A stretch of DNA of 64,000 nt from Patescibacteria group bacterium (GCA_030916945.1 JAUPVS010000003.1:6536-70535); one strand, 5' to 3'; positions 19,974 through 28,998 are shown, counted from the stretch's first letter. Notes: generated from the sequence alone by a model not told the origin. Translations and numbers: made by a program.

Positions 19974-20426
19974 ATGAAGAAGAAAAAGACCGCCAGCGGT
20001 AGTATTCAGAACCGTCGCGCCCGCTTCGATTACGATCTGGGCGATTCTTTGGTGGTCGGCATTCAACTTAATGGCCGCGAAACCAAAGCCCTACGCATGG
20101 GTCACGGCCACCTTAAAGGCGCCTACGTAGTGGCCAAAGACGGTGAGCTGTGGCTCTTAAACGCCACTATCACCAGTGTCCCCGGCGTAGCCCTAGAAGA
20201 GAACGAGCAAACGCGCAGCCGCAAGCTACTCGCCAAAAAGCGCGAGATCGCCGAGCTACTGGCCGCCAAAGACCAAGGCCAGAGCATTATTCCTTTAGAA
20301 ATCCTGACACACGGCCGTTACATCAAGCTACGCATCAGTGCCGGTAAGGGCAAAAAGCTGCACGACAAGCGCCAAACCATCAAAGCCCGCGACCAAGCCC
20401 GCGACATCCGCCAGCTCGGCCACTAG
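19974..20426 (+). CDS. smpB: SsrA-binding protein SmpB
   Basis: IQNRRARFDYDLGDSLVVGIQLNGRETKALR, and a basic C-terminal tail. TACAAT at 19961..19966 lies 7 nt before ATG 19974. Confidence 0.9.
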   Translation: MKKKKTASGSIQNRRARFDYDLGDSLVVGIQLNGRETKALRMGHGHLKGAYVVAKDGELWLLNATITSVPGVALEENEQTRSRKLLAKKREIAELLAAKDQGQSIIPLEILTHGRYIKLRISAGKGKKLHDKRQTIKARDQARDIRQLGH

Positions 20427-20507
20427 CCAACCAAGCTGACAAGCGGGGTTATTTACTTTTACAGAGTAAATCGGTAGAATAAGCAGGTTCTTTAACGGTT
20501 AAACTAT

Positions 20508-20582
20508 TCCCGGGTAGCTCAATGGTGGAGCAAGAAGCTGTTAACTTCGAGGTTGTCGGTTCGAGTCCGACCCCGGGAGCCA
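20508..20582 (+). tRNA. tRNA-Asn: tRNA-Asn (anticodon GTT), CCA encoded
   Basis: Manual cloverleaf: TCCCGGG TA GCTC AATGGTG GAGC A AGAAG CTGTTAA CTTCG AGGTT GTCGG TTCGAGT CCGAC CCCGGGA G CCA. It has a 7-bp acceptor stem, T33 and A37, the GGTTCGAGTCC T-arm, and discriminator G as in bacterial tRNA-Asn. Confidence 0.9.
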
Positions 20583-20623
20583 AAAAACCAGAACATAACC
20601 GAATGGTTGTGGCCTGGTTTTTT
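20583..20623. terminator. hairpin plus T-run after tRNA-Asn (A-run on the other side, possibly bidirectional)
   Basis: AAAAACCAG...AACC-GAAT-GGTT...CTGGTTTTTT. Confidence 0.5.
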
Positions 20624-20627
20624 ACTT

Positions 20628-20744
20628 TCTAGGGTAGGAGCAAGAACCGATAGGGCGCAGCCCCGGTTCGGTCAGCCAGCTTGCGCGCAGGAATCTTGCT
20701 CCGAGCACAAGCGCAGCTGCGTGGTTGCCCGACCCCGGGAGCCA
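20628..20744 (+). other. degenerate tRNA-Asn-derived element (pseudo-tRNA, att-like duplicate or structured RNA)
   Basis: The 5' end TCTAGGGTAG-GAGCAAGAA matches tRNA positions TCCCGGGTAG...GAGCAAGAA, with the D-loop deleted. The 3' end CCGACCCCGGGAGCCAA (20729..20745) is identical to tRNA 20567..20583. The 82-nt core is unrelated to the tRNA. It contains a 9-bp stem, GGAGCAAGA (20637..20645) pairing with TCTTGCTCC (20694..20702). Confidence 0.4.
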
Positions 20745-20813
20745 AGTTCTAAGCACGTCCGTTAGCGGCATTCAAAGCAGTCGAAAGGCTTCTTTTTTGT
20801 TATAATCCACAGC

Positions 20814-21203
20814 ATGAGTCAACACACAATGTTTATCGAGTACTTCGTTGATGACATGGATTATTACAAAAAGCTTTTTTGCGATGTACTTGGCTTTAGC
20901 GTCGACAGGGATGATGGTACTTTCGTCCAACTGACACGCGGAAACGATAAGATTCTACTGGATGGCGAAGCCAAAAGCCAGAAGCCGGACTACCATTTTT
21001 ATAACAAAATAGATAAGAACACTAATGGTATCGGTATCGAATCATGCTTTGTGGTTGACGATCTTGACGAGACCTACACCAAAGCTAAAAATTTCCCTGG
21101 TCTTAAATTAACACCAATCAAACACAAGTCATGGGGTGTTAGGGATTTTCGCATTGTTGTACCAGACAACTACTACCTTCGCATCACCGAAATGATCAAC
21201 TAG
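20814..21203 (+). CDS. VOC-family (glyoxalase/bleomycin-resistance fold) protein
   Basis: 129 aa with FCDVLGFSV...WGVRDFRIVVPDNYYLRITE, typical of the VOC family. TATAAT at 20801..20806 lies 7 nt before the ATG. Confidence 0.7.
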   Translation: MSQHTMFIEYFVDDMDYYKKLFCDVLGFSVDRDDGTFVQLTRGNDKILLDGEAKSQKPDYHFYNKIDKNTNGIGIESCFVVDDLDETYTKAKNFPGLKLTPIKHKSWGVRDFRIVVPDNYYLRITEMIN

Positions 21204-21735
21204 CTACTGTGTGCTTATTCACGAAGTCTACGAGCTCGTGACTAAATCGATCTACACGCTCAATAATGTTGTTGTCGGTGATCTCGAACTGCTCATTATA
21301 ATCGCTTTCATCCGTGCAAATGCGAGTCGGTATAGTCACTAACCCTTGTGAACGCGCAACAATCATTAATTGATCGACTGCTTGCGGGCTACGATGGCCA
21401 CCATTACTAGCCAGCCCAACAACCTTGCCCGGAAACTTGGTACTGTGATGCCAGTCTAAGGCGTTCTTAAGCATCGAACTAAAGCTGTTGTGATAGATGG
21501 GGGTAAGCCAGACAAAGGCATCCATCTCGAGACTCTTTTGCAGAAATACTTTAGTTGTTTCGTCCTGTGATTCAGCGCGCTCAATTCGGCGATCATATAG
21601 GGGCAAACCATACTCAACCAGATTAATAAACTCGACAGTAGCTCCAAGTGCTTTAAGCTTTGCCTCAATTGCTTTTCCTAAACCGAGTGAGTGGGACGTA
21701 GCGTCGGCCGAACCGACTAAAATCATAACTTTCAT
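21196..21735 (-). CDS. NADPH-dependent FMN reductase family flavoprotein
   Basis: 179 aa from MKVMILVGSADATSHSLG (flavodoxin-like). The ATG at 21735 lies 4 nt after the MFS stop. The upstream extension in the ORF track is rejected. Confidence 0.75.
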   Translation of the reverse strand: MKVMILVGSADATSHSLGLGKAIEAKLKALGATVEFINLVEYGLPLYDRRIERAESQDETTKVFLQKSLEMDAFVWLTPIYHNSFSSMLKNALDWHHSTKFPGKVVGLASNGGHRSPQAVDQLMIVARSQGLVTIPTRICTDESDYNEQFEITDNNIIERVDRFSHELVDFVNKHTVAS

Positions 21736-21739
21736 AGTA

Positions 21740-22978
21740 TTAATTTGCCAGCTGGGCGGTAACCGCCGGACTGGTATTCTCCTTATGTTTAATCTTGTAT
21801 ATACAGCCGCAACTCCGTATGTACCATACACCAATAATGCCACCAAGGATGAGATAAATACCTTGGGCTATGTAGGTATGTCCCAGACCTATGGCACCAA
21901 TCGAGATACCCAGCAGTACGCGTGCTATAACTTGACCCATGTTCTGCACAAAAGAAATGGCTGAGAGGGTCGTGCTGCGCCGACCCGATTCGATTTGCTG
22001 GTTTACATAGTCGGATATAATCGGCTGTTGTGTGTTTAGCAATCCCTGAATCAACATAAATACTACGACAACAGCCCAGGCCGAACGAGAAAAACCAAGC
22101 AGTACATAGGCCACACCTAAAGCTAGGGTAATCAAAAGTAACAGCTTGTCGACGGTGAAGTACTTCTCGAGTCTGTGCACGTTGCGCATAGTTATAAAGT
22201 TAAGCAAGTTACCAGCCGATAAGGCGAGTCCCAGGAATATTGCCGGTACTGCCGCCTGCTCAAACTGAGGTTGATATGTCTGTCGAAGAAAATATTCACC
22301 ACTCAGTGTTAATAATCCAAAGATCGTCAGCGCTTTAATAGTATGGTTTGTCTTTACAACCTTCATACCTGACTTTATTTGATCTAGAAATTTTGCCTTG
22401 CTGGGATGCTCAGTGTGATGTTTGCAAACACGAAGTGTAAAGCCTAGCAGCATGCTGACGAAGGTCGCAAGAGCAGTGACGAGAATAAGCGGAATATATG
22501 AGCTGGCGCCAAAGAACTGCACGCCAAAACCGGCAACCGCTGTTGCAATCACAAAACCAAGTGTGTCATTAGACAGCATTTTGCCAAAAGCGCGATTATA
22601 GCCTTTACTCGTCCCGTTTTCTTCTACATAACTGTCATAGAGAAGCGCTTCGTCGGCACCGTCACGGGCACCAATAGCCACCCCGCGCACAGCAAAAAAA
22701 GCCAGGAGGGCAGTTGGTGAGCGAAACACAGCAAGGGCAATTATCGGCAACATATCGAGTAGCATACCGAGTAAAATAACTCGCTTTTGACCCCAGCGAT
22801 CGGCCAAAATACCCGTTGGGACCGTGCTGACTAACATACCCACTGTAAAGAGGGTTTGCGCCGCCACAATAAAACCGAGCTGCATGTTCTGTTGCAACAA
22901 AAAGAGCGTAAAGATTGGCGTGTAGAACGTCATACCGCCAATCAGACGAATCGTTTGTAGCTTTTTGACATTTCCCAT
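21740..22978 (-). CDS. MFS transporter
   Basis: 412 aa with about 12 hydrophobic segments and the MFS motif-A-like sequence GILADRWGQKRV. Confidence 0.85.
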   Translation of the reverse strand: MGNVKKLQTIRLIGGMTFYTPIFTLFLLQQNMQLGFIVAAQTLFTVGMLVSTVPTGILADRWGQKRVILLGMLLDMLPIIALAVFRSPTALLAFFAVRGVAIGARDGADEALLYDSYVEENGTSKGYNRAFGKMLSNDTLGFVIATAVAGFGVQFFGASSYIPLILVTALATFVSMLLGFTLRVCKHHTEHPSKAKFLDQIKSGMKVVKTNHTIKALTIFGLLTLSGEYFLRQTYQPQFEQAAVPAIFLGLALSAGNLLNFITMRNVHRLEKYFTVDKLLLLITLALGVAYVLLGFSRSAWAVVVVFMLIQGLLNTQQPIISDYVNQQIESGRRSTTLSAISFVQNMGQVIARVLLGISIGAIGLGHTYIAQGIYLILGGIIGVWYIRSCGCIYKIKHKENTSPAVTAQLAN

Positions 22979-22980
22979 AG

Positions 22981-23298
22981 CTAGTACGGATTCCTGTGAG
23001 CCTGGTCGTAAATATACTTGGTTTGGTCAAGCAAGTACGTGGCGGCGTCTTTGGTTACGTAATGATAACAACGCGTACCAACACTAGTAGATTTAACCAA
23101 ACCAACTTTTTTCAGAGCCTTAACGTGGTTTGAGGCAGTTGGTTGCGGGATACCGACAGTCCGGGAGATTTCAGAAATGCAGCTTTCTTCTTTAGTGGTT
23201 GGAGCAAAGCCGGCCGACTTATCGGCAATATGCATAAACACCCGTAGACGTACGGGATTAGATAACACCCTATAATACTGTGCTAACTTGTCATCCAT
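22981..23298 (-). CDS. ArsR/SmtB-family transcriptional repressor
   Basis: YRVLSNPVRLRVFMHI and ISEISRTVGIPQPTASNHVKALKKVGLV (winged HTH). It is first in a three-gene minus-strand operon with gaps of 2 and 4 nt. Confidence 0.85.
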   Translation of the reverse strand: MDDKLAQYYRVLSNPVRLRVFMHIADKSAGFAPTTKEESCISEISRTVGIPQPTASNHVKALKKVGLVKSTSVGTRCYHYVTKDAATYLLDQTKYIYDQAHRNPY

Positions 23299-23329
23299 GT
23301 AAAATATTGTACAGTATACATTCTAAAAG

Positions 23330-23341
23330 TCAAATATTTGA
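23330..23341. promoter_or_regulatory. perfect 12-bp palindrome TCAAATATTTGA upstream of the ArsR-family operon (candidate operator)
   Basis: It lies 32-43 nt upstream of ATG 23298, in the -35 region of the leaderless-type promoter (minus-strand TACAAT 23311..23306). Confidence 0.4.
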
Positions 23342-23454
23342 TTAACGAAATATCGCAAACCAAACGTGAAGATTCGTCGCTAAAGTTCCGCAAACCAGTC
23401 AAATAGGAGGAGCCAAGTATTTACAAATAATCTATTTTGTGTTATTATACTATC

Positions 23455-24732
23455 ATGAATATCGTGTCTAGTCCGGATAACATTGAGGTTCTACCCGTTG
23501 ATTACTTCAGGAAGCCCCGTGACTTAGTAGCAAATCCACGACTCAGCGAAAGCCAAGTTGAATCCCTGTATCGTCTGGAAACGCTAGACAGCATAACCAG
23601 TGGATCACCGAACGAACCCGCAATTGATCTAATAGATCTTACCGATCAACCCCGTTACTCTTCAGAGGACGCTCTACAAGGACCCGCACTGATTGGTATC
23701 GCCTCGGACGAACAAGGAATTCAATTTAGCTTTTGGGAAAGATTAGGCCATGCAACTATTCACGGACAACACTCCGACCGTATTGACGCGAAAGGTGGCA
23801 GCCACGGCATGTTGGGCGCAATTAAAGGGGCAGAAACAGCAGGGCTCCTCAGGGTAGTTGCCGACACAGACGAACCATGTCTCGTTAAAGTTTCAGGGCA
23901 ATATGATGATTTTTTACTGCAGTGGAACGGCAATAAGCCTCATTATAGTGATCTTCTTGATCTTGGCCCGCTGTTTAGATCAGTCCGAACTCCTGGATCG
24001 AACTTCGTTAGCGAAGCTATTGCGCGTAACTCGGTTTTTGGCAAGCTAGGCACCGTCCTGGCAGGCCCAGTTAGCGATCACCCAGAAAAAGCTCTTTTTG
24101 CTGAAGTACCCGGGTTATTGAGCTATGAACTGGGTAGTTTCAGCATAAGGAACATTGTCCTAAAACGTGAGCTTACCACTGCAGAATTTAACGATGGTAA
24201 GCCATTGTTTTCAAAACTCGATGCACTCGGCAACTCTAGTGAACGACTCAGTAAACTCGAATCAATTAATGGAATTTCGATCGCCGAACTCGAAGAAAGA
24301 ATGCGTCCATCAAGCTTATCAATTGCCGGGTTCCTTGGTGCCAATGAATCACTGGTCGATCGACTAGTAGAGGACAACGATACGGTAGCTAATGCTGGGC
24401 TAACTCACGAGATGGTGGCGGAACCATTACAGAAACTATGCGTCCTAGTAGACCAAGGATTGATCGGTGAAGGGGTTAGCCCGGTTACAATGGCTGGCAA
24501 AACCTACCTAATAGACGTCACACGTTGGATGGGCTCCCAAACAAGTCCGTTCGGCGATGAAGGTCACGGTGCTTCTTACGATGTATGCGCGCAAAGATTA
24601 ACCGACGGAAAGACGCTCTCATTCTCCGCGTTGATCCCCAAAATGATTGCCGCCTATGGCTTTTACGAAGGCGATACTTCATACCGGGTTAGCCCGACCA
24701 GCATCATAGACTTCTTTGGACTCAAAAAATAG
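23455..24732 (+). CDS. hypothetical protein (425 aa), no recognised family
   Basis: A long clean ORF. The start is set at ATG 23455 (TATTAT/TATACT immediately upstream). No TM and no recognisable motif. Confidence 0.5.
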   Translation: MNIVSSPDNIEVLPVDYFRKPRDLVANPRLSESQVESLYRLETLDSITSGSPNEPAIDLIDLTDQPRYSSEDALQGPALIGIASDEQGIQFSFWERLGHATIHGQHSDRIDAKGGSHGMLGAIKGAETAGLLRVVADTDEPCLVKVSGQYDDFLLQWNGNKPHYSDLLDLGPLFRSVRTPGSNFVSEAIARNSVFGKLGTVLAGPVSDHPEKALFAEVPGLLSYELGSFSIRNIVLKRELTTAEFNDGKPLFSKLDALGNSSERLSKLESINGISIAELEERMRPSSLSIAGFLGANESLVDRLVEDNDTVANAGLTHEMVAEPLQKLCVLVDQGLIGEGVSPVTMAGKTYLIDVTRWMGSQTSPFGDEGHGASYDVCAQRLTDGKTLSFSALIPKMIAAYGFYEGDTSYRVSPTSIIDFFGLKK

Positions 24733-24878
24733 AAAGCTAAGCCGTAATATGGTTCCAAATTACGTCCACTAGTGGGAGCCAAATTATCCATTTGACGATG
24801 TATCCAGTAGCTATTAGAGTCATTGGATTTATTATTTTGTGAGCATATAATTAAGCCTATAGATCATTAAAACTATTC

Positions 24879-25373
24879 ATGGGAGTGGTCATGCACGAAT
24901 GGATATTGTGGGTTTTGGTAGCGGCTAGTGCTTTACATGTAATGGAAGAACATGCGCTTGGATGGCAGGGTTGGGCAACATCTGTGATGGGTAAAAAGTT
25001 AGGCGTCAGTTTCTATTGGCAAGATTTTTACGTAACCAATGCGGCACTTTTTATAGTTGGCATATCGACAGCTATGGTGGGTTGGCAATTTGTGGCCTTT
25101 GGCTTATCATTTGCAGCTCTTAATATAATAGATGCGACTCTATTTCATATTCTTCCATCAATACTCGCGAAACGCCTCAATCCTGGGTGCATCACCGCAA
25201 CCGTTATCTACCTTCCGGTTGGCTTTCTGTGTTACTGGGCAGCCAGCACAGATCAAGTCTTAACTGCAGGTACGTTATGGCTGAGTATCCTCATAGGCGC
25301 ATTCTTTATGGCCAGCGCATTGGTTGGACCAAAGCTACGTAACTCACTTGGCTACCCAGACGAATCAAATTAA
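24879..25373 (+). CDS. HXXEE-domain membrane protein
   Basis: 164 aa with 4-5 TM segments and an N-terminal ALHVMEEHALGW that matches the HXXEE motif. Confidence 0.6.
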   Translation: MGVVMHEWILWVLVAASALHVMEEHALGWQGWATSVMGKKLGVSFYWQDFYVTNAALFIVGISTAMVGWQFVAFGLSFAALNIIDATLFHILPSILAKRLNPGCITATVIYLPVGFLCYWAASTDQVLTAGTLWLSILIGAFFMASALVGPKLRNSLGYPDESN

Positions 25374-25458
25374 TTCATACACAAGTCTATGACACTTAGC
25401 CGTTTAGGCGCTAGACCGTTGGCGGGATTTGCTCTACACTTATGCTTAGGTAACTTTA

Positions 25459-26859
25459 ATGGTGGATAAAAGTACAATAGCTTGGTTAAAGAGGGTGCCC
25501 CTGCTGCTAATAGCGGGTGTACTACTACTTGCCCTTGCAGCAGTACGAGCACCACAAGCCCAAGCCAGCACCTTTCCGGGAGCAAACGGAAAAGTCTATT
25601 ATTCTGACGAGTTTGGCATTATTAAAAAGGCTAATCTAGATGGTAGTAATGCCCAGACCGTACTAACTAGCGCTACCGACCACCTCAGTCCATCTCCAAA
25701 TGGCACAAAGTTGGTTTTTGACAACTTTAACGGTGCCGACTTTGATTTGCATATAGCTAACATTGACGGCACCAATAACGTCAAGATACTAGGCGGAAGC
25801 AGTAGTGATTCCCACCCCTCCTGGTCGCCCGACGGCAGCAAAGTGGTCTACGTCTGTAATAGCGGCAGCCAGCAGATCTGTACCGTCAACGCCGATGGCA
25901 GCGGCAGGGTACAGCTAACCAATGAGGCGTTAGACAACGAAAACCCCTCCTGGTCGCCCGACGGCACTAAGATTGTCTACCAAAAAACCGCCGGTGGTAA
26001 CGGCGTCGATATTTACGTGATGAATCCGGACGGCAGCAACAAAACCGCTCTGGCTAATACCTCGGCTCACGAGCAAGAACCCCGCTGGTCACCAGACGGC
26101 AGCAAGATTGTTTACTCACGCTTTATAGACAATACCTACTTGTACGAAGTGTACCGCATGAATGCTGACGGCAGTAGCCAGACCAGAATGACTACCCACA
26201 CCGAATACGACGTTTCGCCAACCTACTCACCAGACGGCACCAAGATATATTACCTAAGCGAGAGTAACGGTTTTGGCCTATACAAGCTGTACCGAATGGA
26301 CAGTGATGGCTCGAACCCTACCAAATTAATCGACTCTCAGACAATCGGCTTTGCTGAACTACAAAGCCTTACCTTAGGCCCTACATCTAGCAACACCAAT
26401 CCCACCGTTCAGCTCGTCAACAAAGTAGCCACCATTGATGTACCCGCCATGTTTTCGGACCCTTACGGCGCCGGCATCGACAACAGTACCGTCACCGTCA
26501 CCAGTACGCCCAGCAGCGGCACCACAGCTGTCAATTTAACGACTGGCGTAATCACCTACAATTACACGGCCGTCAGCGTCAGCCGCAACTGGTTGAGCAC
26601 CATCGGCAATATATTCTTTCCCAAAGTCTCGGCGGCCACCACCGACAGTTTTAATTACCAAGTCTGTTCGCAAAGCAGTGCCAGCCTCTGCTCCAGCGGA
26701 ACCGTAACGGTAAGTTTGATTGGCGTATCGAGTAGTGGTTACGGTTCTAGCGGTAGTCTACTAGCTCCAGTCTTCTTGACCGGCGGTCTGATACTTACTT
26801 TTGTAGGCGGTAGCTTGCTCGTAAAAAACCGCAAAGTCGGCTCCAAACCCCAGGCCTAA
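25459..26859 (+). CDS. secreted PD40/TolB-like beta-propeller protein with Ig-like C-terminal region and C-terminal membrane anchor
   Basis: Signal peptide LLLALAAVRAPQAQAS. Repeats PSWSPDGSKVVY, PSWSPDGTKIVY, PRWSPDGSKIVY and PTYSPDGTKIYY. The C-terminal hydrophobic stretch is followed by KNRK. Confidence 0.8.
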   Translation: MVDKSTIAWLKRVPLLLIAGVLLLALAAVRAPQAQASTFPGANGKVYYSDEFGIIKKANLDGSNAQTVLTSATDHLSPSPNGTKLVFDNFNGADFDLHIANIDGTNNVKILGGSSSDSHPSWSPDGSKVVYVCNSGSQQICTVNADGSGRVQLTNEALDNENPSWSPDGTKIVYQKTAGGNGVDIYVMNPDGSNKTALANTSAHEQEPRWSPDGSKIVYSRFIDNTYLYEVYRMNADGSSQTRMTTHTEYDVSPTYSPDGTKIYYLSESNGFGLYKLYRMDSDGSNPTKLIDSQTIGFAELQSLTLGPTSSNTNPTVQLVNKVATIDVPAMFSDPYGAGIDNSTVTVTSTPSSGTTAVNLTTGVITYNYTAVSVSRNWLSTIGNIFFPKVSAATTDSFNYQVCSQSSASLCSSGTVTVSLIGVSSSGYGSSGSLLAPVFLTGGLILTFVGGSLLVKNRKVGSKPQA

Positions 26860-26861
26860 AT

Positions 26862-27539
26862 TTAGTATTGTTCGGCGAATATGACCACTCGCTTATCAAA
26901 TTCGTGGCTGCCTTTTATCAGCTTGCCCGTGCAGGTGATCAAATTAAGCCCCGGCTTGTCGCTATTTATCGGGCGTAGCACTTTGAGCATGTCCACCTTA
27001 TCGTAGTCGTAGGTCACCTTTTCTTTTACCAAAAAACTATGCCGGCTTCCGTCGCCTTGTTCGACATATACTTTGTCGCCAATCTTAAGGTTTTTTAAGT
27101 CATAAAAAACGCCGGGAGTAGACGAACTGCTAACATGACCATTCATAACCATTACACCGAGCTGCCCCGGCTTACTACTCTGATTAAACCAACCAACATC
27201 GTGGACATTGATTGGCGATGCAATTCGATTTAGTTTATCTGTTCCAACCGCCATGACACGGGCATTAACATTGTTGCTGGGGATCGCAATAATCCGCGGC
27301 AAATCGGCGGCAACCTGGTGGTCAGCGACTTCGTTAGAGCTGGGCTTGGCTGTTTCTGGAGCCGCCGTCGCGGCAGTAAAATTTTGTGGTGTAGCTGTAT
27401 TGTTTTCGCTTGTAAACAAAATTAGTCCACTTATGAGCAAACAGATTCCGACCATAAAGAGCACGAGGGGTACCTTTGGGGGCAGTTTTAGCCTTGGTTG
27501 GGGTATGGATTTTTGAACCACGCTTTCATTATAAATCAA
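26862..27539 (-). CDS. sortase-family transpeptidase
   Basis: N-terminal TM, catalytic-type His (VMVMNGHV), the Cys motif LNLITCTG, and a late Arg (DKRVVIFAEQ). The start is TTG 27539 or GTG 27521 (a TATAAT lies 6 nt upstream of the GTG). Confidence 0.8.
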   Translation of the reverse strand: MIYNESVVQKSIPQPRLKLPPKVPLVLFMVGICLLISGLILFTSENNTATPQNFTAATAAPETAKPSSNEVADHQVAADLPRIIAIPSNNVNARVMAVGTDKLNRIASPINVHDVGWFNQSSKPGQLGVMVMNGHVSSSSTPGVFYDLKNLKIGDKVYVEQGDGSRHSFLVKEKVTYDYDKVDMLKVLRPINSDKPGLNLITCTGKLIKGSHEFDKRVVIFAEQY

Positions 27540-27662
27540 CCTGGTGTCGAGACATCAGGAGCTGTTGGCTGCATTATGGCTTTAGAAAAGTCAGCGCCAA
27601 ACCCCGCCATACTATCAGTGGGAAGTTGTCGAGCGGCTAAAGTTTAATGTAAAGTAACGACT

Positions 27663-27935
27663 ATGGGCAAAACACATAAAGAACAGCTTGAACTTGCTAA
27701 AGAAATCGAAGCGGCTAGGTCAAAGATTACGGTTGGCGCAAAATACTGGCACCACAAGAGTAAAGACAAAGTCTATCTGGTTGTTGGGCTGGGTTTTATT
27801 GAAGCCAACGAAGAACTTTGTGTAATTTATCAAGCGCAATACGGCGAAAAACTGACGTTTATACGACCTTTGCGTGTCTGGCTAGAAAACGTAGAATGGG
27901 AAGGTAAAACCGTCCCGCGCTTTAACAAAATCTAA
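27663..27935 (+). CDS. DUF1653-like small protein
   Basis: KYWHHKSKDKVYLVVG...VIYQAQYGEKLTFIRPLRVW matches the DUF1653 pattern as I remember it. Confidence 0.6.
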   Translation: MGKTHKEQLELAKEIEAARSKITVGAKYWHHKSKDKVYLVVGLGFIEANEELCVIYQAQYGEKLTFIRPLRVWLENVEWEGKTVPRFNKI

Positions 27936-27948
27936 TTCAGGAACACCC

Positions 27949-28329
27949 ATGAAGAAATATAAGTACACCGCCAAGGAAGCCGATAAGTTCAATAAGCATG
28001 GCATCGACCTAACTATTTACGGCCAAAGTGAGCCGTCGGCAAACGTCTGCCATGTTTCGGTCAAGAAAGGCCACTTCCAAGAGTTTTACGACACCAAGAG
28101 TGCCTTTACCTACTACATCATCAAAGGACATGGAACTTTTTATCTTGATGACGAGCCAGTAGAAGTTGAGGCCACCGATTTAGTGGTCATCCCACCCAAC
28201 ACGCGGATTCACTATTTTGGAACCATGGAAATGGTCCTCACCGTATCGCCAGCCTGGAAAGAAGAGAATGAGCGTCACGTCCGCTTTGTCGAAGAAAACG
28301 AAAGCCCCTACGCAAAGGGTCAAAAATAG
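27949..28329 (+). CDS. cupin-fold protein
   Basis: 126 aa. GHFQEFYDTKSAFTYYIIKGHGTFYLDDEPVEVEATDLVVIPPNTRIHY is a two-motif cupin barrel pattern. Confidence 0.6.
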   Translation: MKKYKYTAKEADKFNKHGIDLTIYGQSEPSANVCHVSVKKGHFQEFYDTKSAFTYYIIKGHGTFYLDDEPVEVEATDLVVIPPNTRIHYFGTMEMVLTVSPAWKEENERHVRFVEENESPYAKGQK

Positions 28330-28331
28330 CG

Positions 28332-28991
28332 ATGAACCAGCTTATTACTTACATCGAAAGCCTAGACCCGCTTTTTACTCATATACAGATAGCCAACGGC
28401 TACGACTGGCAAAACTCTATAAAGCTTGACTTAGCCGAGCTGAAATCCCAAGATAACCCACATCTAGACCTGTCAGCTCAAACTGATGTAGCAATTGAGT
28501 TCTTTTTTAACTTTGCAGAAGATCATCAATTCTTTATTGGCTTTAAATATGACCCCGATCAACTAAAAGGTTTGTCGGCACCCGAATTCGTTCAAAAATT
28601 ACTCCGCCTTGCTGCCAAAACCAAGGGGCCGGAGGAACTATTGCGGAAGGCTGGTAAAGCGCTGTTTGACAATCCCAATATGTACCTAGACAGAAATATC
28701 GATCGAGCCGTTGAGCTTGTCGTAAATTACTGGGACGAAGCAGGCACAGCGGTCATCTGGAAACAGGGCGAGAAGCCTCTTGATAGAACCGGCTTACAAC
28801 ATAAACTAGCTGCCAATCGCGAGCTCACCAAGACAAAGAAAAACTCGATAGCCATCGAGATAGATTACGGGGCACCAGCGATGTGGATCGGCATTGATGT
28901 GTCACGAAAAGTTGGTCATGATTTCATTCTACAAAGCGACATCGTTCTGGCCATACTTCAGATTGCCCAACAACAAAGCCAGTGCAAATAG
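28332..28991 (+). CDS. hypothetical protein (219 aa)
   Basis: It starts 3 nt after the upstream stop. No recognised motif. Confidence 0.45.
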   Translation: MNQLITYIESLDPLFTHIQIANGYDWQNSIKLDLAELKSQDNPHLDLSAQTDVAIEFFFNFAEDHQFFIGFKYDPDQLKGLSAPEFVQKLLRLAAKTKGPEELLRKAGKALFDNPNMYLDRNIDRAVELVVNYWDEAGTAVIWKQGEKPLDRTGLQHKLAANRELTKTKKNSIAIEIDYGAPAMWIGIDVSRKVGHDFILQSDIVLAILQIAQQQSQCK

Positions 28992-28998
28992 AAAAATT

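Noticed and set aside
20553-20765. A 70-aa ORF spans the tRNA-Asn 3' end and the tRNA-derived element.
   Set aside because: It overlaps a confident tRNA and its terminator. The Arg/Pro-rich translation is typical of non-coding GC-rich sequence.
20427-20813. I looked for tmRNA (ssrA) next to smpB.
   Set aside because: There is no tRNA-Ala-like acceptor with a G-U pair, no tag-peptide reading frame ending in a hydrophobic tail plus stop, and too little space (tmRNA is about 350 nt). The tRNA-like ends seen here derive from tRNA-Asn.
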